In this document: positions 16,433 to 23,433 of the stretch, one piece after another
Layout: each line of letters starts with the position of its first letter
Position numbering within the stretch: position 1 is the first letter of the stretch
NCBI GenBank assembly: GCA_016212965.1
Contig: JACRDA010000068.1
Coordinates: 1 to 23,433, forward strand
Direction of reading: 5' to 3'
Origin: Myxococcales bacterium
GTDB taxonomy: Bacteria; Myxococcota_A; Polyangia; Polyangiales; Polyangiaceae
DNA: 23,433 nucleotides
Position numbers and translations under genes: made by a program
Notes under the pieces: model-generated
What the model was told of the DNA's origin: nothing
Seen by the model: only the letters and a program-made list of their open reading frames with translations
Database searches by the model: none

Positions 16433-17779
16433 CTACGCCGCGCAGAAATCGCGCACGACCTCGTAGAGCACGCGCTGACCCCACAGGTAGCCGTCGACGG
16501 GGATGCGCTCGTCGTGCCCGTGGTACATCGCCGTGAAGTTGAGCTCCGGTCCGAGGCGCACGGGCGAGAAGCCGTAGCAGACGGCGCCGAGCCGTGCGTA
16601 CGCGAAGGCGTCCGTGAAGCCCGGGATCATGTAGGGCACGGCGACCCCACCCGGATCGTGGCGCGCGAGCGCGGCGCGAATGGCCTCGAAGAGCGGCGTG
16701 TCGGACGGGAACACCGTGCCGTCGTGCTGGTGCAGCACCGTGAGCGCGAGGTCGCTACCGACCACGGCCTGCACCTCGGCGAGGAACGACGCGACGGACT
16801 GGCCCGGCACGACGCGCCCGTCCACCTGCACCGAGGCCGACGAGGGGATGACGTTGATCTTGCTGCCCGCGCGCAGCATCGTCGGCGAGGTCGTGTTGCG
16901 CAGCATGGCGTCGATGCCGCGCGCCTGATCGAGGTTCTGCTTGGCGATGCGGTCGAGCAGAAAGCCGGCGAGGCTCGGCGACAGCACGAGCGGCAGGAGC
17001 TTGTTCTGCGGGAAGGGCGCGCGCGCCGCGAGCGCGCGCAGGAACTCGGCCACGACCGGCGTGACGTGCTGCGGCAGGCGCGTCCCGCCGAGCGCCGCGA
17101 TGGCGCGCGCCAGGCGCACGACGGCGTTCTTCGGGTGGGGCATCGAGCCGTGGCCCGGCTCGCCCTCGGCCGTGAGCTCGAACCAGCAGATGCCCTTCTC
17201 GGCGACCTGGATCGGGTAGAAGCGCGCGGCGCCCATGTGCAGGGTGTGCCCGCCCACCTCGTTCAGCACGTAGTCGGCCCGCACGAGCTCGGGGTGCTCG
17301 CTCACGAGGAACTCGGAGCCGAGGCGCGAGCCCGCCTCCTCGTCCGCGACCGCCGCGAAGATGACGTCGCGATCGAGCGCGATCCCCTGCCGCTTCAGGA
17401 GCACGAGCGTCATGAGGCTCATCGTCACCATGTTCTTCATGTCGACGGCGCCGCGGCCCCAGACGCAGCCCTCCGCCTCGTCGGCCAGGAAGGGGTCGTG
17501 GCGCCACCTGTCGCGATCGACCGGCACGACGTCGAGGTGCCCGTTGAGGAGCAGCGGGCCCTTCCGGCCTGAGCCGCGCAGGCGCGCGACGAGGTTCGTG
17601 CGACCCGGCTCCTTCTCGCGCGTCTCGAACGCGATGCCCTCGGCCGCGAGCACGCGCCCGACGACGTCGGCGGCGAGGCGCTCGTTGCCGGGCGGGTTCG
17701 TGGTGTCGACGCGCAGCAGCTCCTTGAAGAGGGCGAGGCTCTCGCGGCCGAAGGCATTCCAGTCGAGGTCGGCAGCCAT
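16433..17779 (-). CDS. M20/M25/M40-family metallopeptidase (ArgE/DapE/CPG2-like)
   Basis: 448 aa from MAADLDW. Motifs: LLLNGHLDVVPV, GRGAVDMKN, AAVADEEAGS. The upstream part of ORF 16433..18604 is Arg-rich read-through. Confidence 0.9.
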   Translation of the reverse strand: MAADLDWNAFGRESLALFKELLRVDTTNPPGNERLAADVVGRVLAAEGIAFETREKEPGRTNLVARLRGSGRKGPLLLNGHLDVVPVDRDRWRHDPFLADEAEGCVWGRGAVDMKNMVTMSLMTLVLLKRQGIALDRDVIFAAVADEEAGSRLGSEFLVSEHPELVRADYVLNEVGGHTLHMGAARFYPIQVAEKGICWFELTAEGEPGHGSMPHPKNAVVRLARAIAALGGTRLPQHVTPVVAEFLRALAARAPFPQNKLLPLVLSPSLAGFLLDRIAKQNLDQARGIDAMLRNTTSPTMLRAGSKINVIPSSASVQVDGRVVPGQSVASFLAEVQAVVGSDLALTVLHQHDGTVFPSDTPLFEAIRAALARHDPGGVAVPYMIPGFTDAFAYARLGAVCYGFSPVRLGPELNFTAMYHGHDERIPVDGYLWGQRVLYEVVRDFCAA

Positions 17780-17832
17780 GCCGTCGGCATACCACCGCGC
17801 GCGTGCGGCGGGCGGCGGGGCCGCCGGGGTCG

Positions 17833-18636
17833 TCAGTGCCTGAGCTCGCTCGCCGGGACGTCGGCCGGCGGGGGGCGCAGCTCGTGGTGCTCGAGCGCGA
17901 CCGCGCGCACGACCGGCGGCAGATCGAGCGCGCGGCTCACCATGGCGAGCTCCATGCGGCCGAGCAGGCCGAGCAGCGGCACGGCCACGGCCGACGGCGA
18001 GCCCGGGTTGAGGACGATCGCCATGCGCACGCGCGCGCGCATCGACCAGCTGCGCGCAATCTCCACCTGCACCTCGGCCACGGCCGGCCGGCGCGCCGCC
18101 ATGAAGACGACATCCTGCTCGGTGACGCGCGGGTTGCCGAGCAGGATGCGCGCCACCATCGGATGCGGATCGCGCAGCAGCTTGCTCACCGTGGCGCGCG
18201 AGGGTTGCCGGGCGAGCGCGCGCCGCTCGCCGAGGCTGAGCTCGCGCCCGTTGCGCGTCGGCACGCCGCCCGCGCGCCGGGGCCCCTCCTCGACCTCGAG
18301 CGGGGAGCGGTGGTGCTCGGCCGAGCTGCAGCGCAGGAGCCGTCCGAGCGCGGGCAGGGCCGCCGCCTGCGCCTGCTCGCGCAGGGCGCCGAGCCGCTCG
18401 AGCTCGGACGGCTCGACGACCACCGGCACGAAGGCCCCGAGCGTCTCGGTCGCGACGGGCTCGGCCGCCTCGGCGCGCAGGCACAGGCTGTTGAGCTCGA
18501 CGGCGACCCGCTCGGGGCGCTCGGCGTGGAGCTCGGCGCGCGCGAACGACACGCGCAGCTCGTGCGGCAGGAGCGCCGGCACGGTGCGGATCCAGCGCTC
18601 GCACGGGCGGTCGCGCGCTCCCCGCTCCGCGGCCAC
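17833..18636 (-). CDS. Conserved-looking hypothetical protein with short helical repeats
   Basis: The C-terminal half looks like genuine protein: LLRDPHPMVARILLGNPRVTEQDVVFMAARRPAVAEVQVEIA...IVLNPGSPSAVAVPLLGLL. The proposed GTG start at 18636 lies 2 nt after the CDF stop. Start is uncertain. Confidence 0.6.
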   Translation of the reverse strand: MAAERGARDRPCERWIRTVPALLPHELRVSFARAELHAERPERVAVELNSLCLRAEAAEPVATETLGAFVPVVVEPSELERLGALREQAQAAALPALGRLLRCSSAEHHRSPLEVEEGPRRAGGVPTRNGRELSLGERRALARQPSRATVSKLLRDPHPMVARILLGNPRVTEQDVVFMAARRPAVAEVQVEIARSWSMRARVRMAIVLNPGSPSAVAVPLLGLLGRMELAMVSRALDLPPVVRAVALEHHELRPPPADVPASELRH

Positions 18637-18638
18637 GC

Positions 18639-19648
18639 TCAGCGCGCCTCCGGTGCGTCCGCCGCCGCGCGGCGCGCGCGCGTCCCGAGCGTCACGAGCC
18701 CGGTGCCGTGCGGAGCCTCGGGCTGGATGGTCGTGTGGGCGATGCCGTGCGCCGCGCGCAGGGCGCGCCCGGCCGCACCGGCCACCACGGTGCCGTGGTG
18801 ACCCGCGGCGATGACGACGTGGACCGTGAGCACGTTGAAGCCTTCCGAGATCGACCACACGTGCAGGTCGTGAAAGTCGGCGACGCCGGGCACCTGCCGC
18901 AGGGTCGCCTCGACCTCGTGCACGTCGATCTCGACCGGGGTGCCCTCCATCAGCACGTGGGCCGTGTCGCGCAAGAGGCGCCAGCCCCCGTAGAGCACGA
19001 GCAGCCCGATGGCAGCGCTCGCCACCGCGTCGGCGCGCGTCGAGCCGCCCGCGAGCATCACCGCGCCGGCCGCGATGGCGCCCACGCTCCCGAGCCCGTC
19101 CGACAGGACGTGCAGGAAGGCGGCGCGCGTGTTCGGGTTGTGGCTGCCGCGCGACAGGATGAACGCCGAGGCCGCGTTGACGACGAGGCCGGCGACGGCC
19201 GTGGCGAGCATGGGCGCGGCGGCGATCTCGGGCGGCTCGGCCCAGCGCACCACGGCCTCCTTGCAGACCCAGATGGCGACGAGCGCGAGCGCGATGCCGT
19301 TGACGAACGCCGCCAGCACCTCGGCGCGCCGGAAGCCGTAGGTGCGACGCCGCGTGCGATCGCGGACGGCGATGCGCTGGGCGGCAATCGCGAGGCCGAG
19401 CGCGGCCGAGTCGCTCAGCATGTGCCCGGCGTCGGCCACGAGCGCGCGGCTACCGGTGAAGAAGCCGACGGCCGCCTCGACCAGCATGAAGCTCGCCGTG
19501 AGCCCGAACGCCCAGGCGAGCCGGCGGAGCGGCGTCGCACGGTGATCGTGCCCATGCCCGTGGGCGTGTTCGTGCTCGTGCTCGTGCTCGTGCTCGGGCC
19601 CGTGCTCGTGCTCGGGCCCGTGCTCGTGCTCGTGCGGGCGGTCGGGCA

Positions 19649-19649
<1 letters not shown>
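18639..19649 (-). CDS. Cation diffusion facilitator (CzcD/ZitB-like) metal efflux protein with a His-rich N-terminus
   Basis: 336 aa. N-terminal PHEHEHGPEHEHGPEHEHEHEHEHAHGHGHDH. TM2 has ADAGHMLSD and TM5 has LHVLSDGLGS (HxxxD pairs). The C-terminal cytoplasmic domain has DFHDLHVW. The GTG start shares one nt with the thiolase stop (TAGTG). Confidence 0.9.
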
Positions 19650-20881
<1,232 letters not shown>

Positions 20882-21042
20882 GTCGACCTCTTCGCTCTTC
20901 GCCGCCACTTCGGCCGGGGACGACCCCCGGACGGCGCGCGCCACGAGCACGGCGGCTCTCGTCGAGTTTCTAGCACGGTTCGAGCGCCAGGCGGGGCGTG
21001 CGGGCCGCGCCGGCCGGGCCGTGTTAAGCGAGGCCGCGCGTC

Positions 21043-21918
21043 GTGCTGCCTCGCCTCGCCATCCTCGCGGCCGCCCTCCTGTTCTCGACGGGCGGCGCGG
21101 CCATCAAGGCCTCGACCTTCGGCGGCTGGCAGGTCGCCGGCCTGCGCTCGGCCATCGCCGCCGTGGCCGTCCTCGCGCTCGTGCCCGCGGCGCGCCGCCA
21201 CGTGGCGAGCTGGCGGGCCCTGCTCATCGGCGTCGCGTACGCGGCGACGCTCGTCCTGTTCGTGCAGGCCAACAAGCACACGACCGCGGCCAACAGCATC
21301 TTCCTCCAGTCGACGGCGCCGCTCTACCTGCTCGTGCTCGCACCCACCGTGCTGAAGGAGCGCGTCCACCGGCGCGACCTCGGCCTCATGCTGGTGCTCG
21401 CCGCGGGGCTCGCGCTCTTCTTCGTCGGCGCCGAGCCCGGGCAACCTTCGGCGCCCGACCCCTTCGTCGGCAACCTGCTCGGCGTCTGCTCGGGCCTCAC
21501 CTGGGCGTTCACGCTGCTCGGCCTGCGCTGGCTCGAGCGCCGCGGCGCCGAGCCGGGCGCCGGGCTCGGCGGCGTCGTGGTCGGCAACCTCGTCGCGGCG
21601 ATCGTGTGCCTGCCCTTCGCCTGGCCGCTCTCGTACGGCCTCTTCGGCGACTGGCTGCTCGTGCTCTACCTCGGCGTCTTCCAGATCGGCGCCGCCTACG
21701 CCTTGCTCACGCGCGGCTTCCGCGAGGTGCCCGCCCTCGAGGTCTCGCTCCTCATCCTGGTCGAGCCCGCCCTGAGCCCGGTCTGGGCCTGGCTCTTCCA
21801 GGGCGAGCGCCCGGGCGCCTACGCCGCCGTCGGCGGCGCGCTCATCCTCGCGGCCTCGATCGGCAAGGCCGCCCTCGACCGGCGGCGCCCCCGCGCGCCC
21901 GACGCGGAGGTAGGCTGA
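21043..21918 (+). CDS. EamA/DMT-superfamily transporter
   Basis: 291 aa with about 10 hydrophobic segments in two similar halves (FSTGGAAIK..., [11 protein letters not shown]...). GTG start, divergent from the thiolase gene. Confidence 0.85.
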   Translation: MLPRLAILAAALLFSTGGAAIKASTFGGWQVAGLRSAIAAVAVLALVPAARRHVASWRALLIGVAYAATLVLFVQANKHTTAANSIFLQSTAPLYLLVLAPTVLKERVHRRDLGLMLVLAAGLALFFVGAEPGQPSAPDPFVGNLLGVCSGLTWAFTLLGLRWLERRGAEPGAGLGGVVVGNLVAAIVCLPFAWPLSYGLFGDWLLVLYLGVFQIGAAYALLTRGFREVPALEVSLLILVEPALSPVWAWLFQGERPGAYAAVGGALILAASIGKAALDRRRPRAPDAEVG

Positions 21919-21921
21919 GCC

Positions 21922-22731
21922 ATGTCGATCCCGACCGGCCTCGCGCTCGCAGAGCTCGTGGAGCGTCACCAGGCCGAGGCACTCCGCGACCTGCCGTTCG
22001 AGCGCCTGCGCGTCGCCGACGGCTGGGCCGTGTGCAGCGGCGCGGGCTCGCACGTGAACAAGGCCGCCGGCCTCGGCTTCGCGGGACCGGTCGGCGCCGC
22101 CGACCTCGACGCGCTCGTCGCGTTCTTCGAGACGCGCGGCGTCGAGCCCAAGGTCGAGCTGTCGAGCTTCGCCGAGCCGGCCCTGCTCCGCGCGCTCGCA
22201 GACCGCGGGCTCGTGCTCGAGGGGCTCGAGACCGTGCTGGTGCGCGCGGTGGAGCCGGTGCCCGCGCCGCCCACGCCGCGCGACGTCACCCTCGTGCACG
22301 TGAGCCCCACCGACGAGGCCGCGCTCCGCGAGGCCGTGACCACGTCGGCGCAGGGGTTCGTGCCCGAGGGCGGCGAGGTGGCGGCGGAGCTCCTCGACTT
22401 CGCCCTCGCCGTCGCGCGCTTGCCCGTCGCCGACACCTTCGTCGCCCGGGCGGACGGCCGCGCGGTCGGGGCCGGCAGCGCCGTCACCTCCGGGGGCGTC
22501 ACCGGCCTCTTCGGCACCTCGGTCGCACCCGGCTACCGACGCCGCGGCATCCAGCAGGCCCTCATCGCCGCGCGGCTCGCCTGCGCGCGGGCGCGCGGCA
22601 GCCGGCTCGCGTACATCGTGTCCTTGCCGGGCATCGCGACCGAGCGCAACGCGGCTCGGCTCGGCTTCGCCCTCGCCTATGCGCGCGTCGTGCTCGTCAA
22701 GCGCGGGCCCGGGCTCGCGCCGTCGCCCTAG
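21922..22731 (+). CDS. GNAT-family N-acetyltransferase
   Basis: 269 aa. GGAGG lies about 10 nt upstream of the ATG. The acetyl-CoA-binding block is VAPGYRRRGIQQALIAARLACARARG, followed by NAARLGF. Confidence 0.8.
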   Translation: MSIPTGLALAELVERHQAEALRDLPFERLRVADGWAVCSGAGSHVNKAAGLGFAGPVGAADLDALVAFFETRGVEPKVELSSFAEPALLRALADRGLVLEGLETVLVRAVEPVPAPPTPRDVTLVHVSPTDEAALREAVTTSAQGFVPEGGEVAAELLDFALAVARLPVADTFVARADGRAVGAGSAVTSGGVTGLFGTSVAPGYRRRGIQQALIAARLACARARGSRLAYIVSLPGIATERNAARLGFALAYARVVLVKRGPGLAPSP

Positions 22732-22768
22732 CCTCCCAGGCGCGCCTTCACCCACGAGGAGACCCCCC

Positions 22769-23332
22769 ATGCAAACCACGAGCCCCGACCCCCGCACCGC
22801 CCACCGCCCGCCCGCCAGCGCCGCCCCGCGTCTGTCGCTCGAGGACCTGGCGCGGCTCGACTGCCGCGCGCTCGCCGATCTCTACGCCGTGGGCTCGGTC
22901 CCGGCCTCGCTCGCGGCGCTCGACGGCTCACCCGCGGGTCGCATGCTCGCCGTGCGGGCGCTCGACCGCGGCCCGGTCGCGCGCCTGTTGCGAAGCATCG
23001 CCGGCTCGCGGCACTTCGTCTGGGCGGGCAAGAGCTTCGAGGCCGCGAGCCCCACGAGCGGACACGGCGTGAACCGGGTTCGCGCCCCGGGCATCCTCGG
23101 GCTCCAGAAGCTCTTCCCCTTCGAGACCCGCTTCGGGGCCTCTGCGCTCGACGGCGCGCCGACCGTCGTGCTCGACTACGACCTCGCCGACAACCCGCCC
23201 TACATCCGGCGCGTCCACGACGAGGTCCGCGAGGTGTCCCCGGGGCTCTTCCTCGGCCCCGCGATGTGGAAGGCGCAGGGCAGCCCCCGGCACACGGTGC
23301 TCTGGTTCGCGCTCGACACGGCGCGGCCGTGA
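22769..23332 (+). CDS. Hypothetical protein (187 aa)
   Basis: ATG is preceded by GAGGAG 7-8 nt upstream. GC3 is high. Protein-like segments VVLDYDLADNPPYIRRVHDEVREVSPGLFLGPAMWK. Its stop overlaps the next start (GTGA). Family not recognised. Confidence 0.65.
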   Translation: MQTTSPDPRTAHRPPASAAPRLSLEDLARLDCRALADLYAVGSVPASLAALDGSPAGRMLAVRALDRGPVARLLRSIAGSRHFVWAGKSFEAASPTSGHGVNRVRAPGILGLQKLFPFETRFGASALDGAPTVVLDYDLADNPPYIRRVHDEVREVSPGLFLGPAMWKAQGSPRHTVLWFALDTARP

Positions 23333-23433
23333 CGGCGCGCCTCGGGGACGCCCCGCACGTGCTCGTCACGGGCGCGGCCGGGGCCATCGGCGGCGCGACG
23401 GCCCGCGCGCTGCGCCAGCGCCGCCCGCGCGCC
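23329..23433 (+). CDS. 5' end of a short-chain dehydrogenase/reductase or NAD-dependent epimerase family gene (runs off the window)
   Basis: VTARLGDAPHVLVTGAAGAIGGATARAL contains the TGxxGxxG Rossmann dinucleotide-binding motif. GTGA overlap with the upstream stop. Frame is open to the window end. Confidence 0.5.
   Translation, partial: MTARLGDAPHVLVTGAAGAIGGATARALRQRRPRA

Noticed and set aside
16423-16443. GC hairpin GCGTGCGGCG-CTA-CGCCGCGC in the 12-bp gap between the convergent thioesterase and M20 genes, as a possible bidirectional terminator.
   Set aside because: The stem is only about 8 bp with a 3-nt loop. There is no U-tract on either strand, and it overlaps the M20 stop codon. Too weak to call without transcript data.

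Overview
High-GC bacterial chromosomal window. Gene content and style (many Ser/Thr-kinase, cyclase and FGE-type signalling genes, all six frames open) suggest a myxobacterium of the Sorangiineae type, but that is inference only. All calls come from reading the sequence and ORF translations by eye; no database or structure search was run.

The window splits in two.

(1) About 1-11.4 kb is accessory or signalling DNA:
- a membrane-anchored FGE-domain protein and a helical-repeat/class III nucleotide cyclase;
- a hypothetical gene;
- a strictly 21-nt-phased array of about 14 TGCCCCG cores;
- a VapBC-like PIN toxin-antitoxin cassette bracketed by two related CAGCTG-centred palindromic elements;
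- a Ser/Thr kinase broken by a 1-nt insertion in a C run;
- a coupled PEGA/beta-barrel outer-membrane-like gene with its own apparent frame problem;
- a clearly lower-GC islet (about 8.9-11.4 kb).

The islet carries the most unusual content. One protein has four retroviral-type CCHC zinc knuckles fused to a GIY-YIG-like domain. It is followed by an HTH plus GIY-YIG (T5orf172-like) protein. The islet is studded with perfect 10-bp tandem duplications and closed by a 166-bp element with perfect 37-bp inverted arms that abuts the first core gene.

(2) About 11.4-23.4 kb is tightly packed housekeeping DNA: M28 peptidase, class I fumarase, M17 leucyl aminopeptidase, 4HBT thioesterase, M20 peptidase, a helical-repeat hypothetical, a His-rich CDF metal exporter, thiolase, an EamA transporter, a GNAT acetyltransferase, a hypothetical, and the start of an SDR gene.
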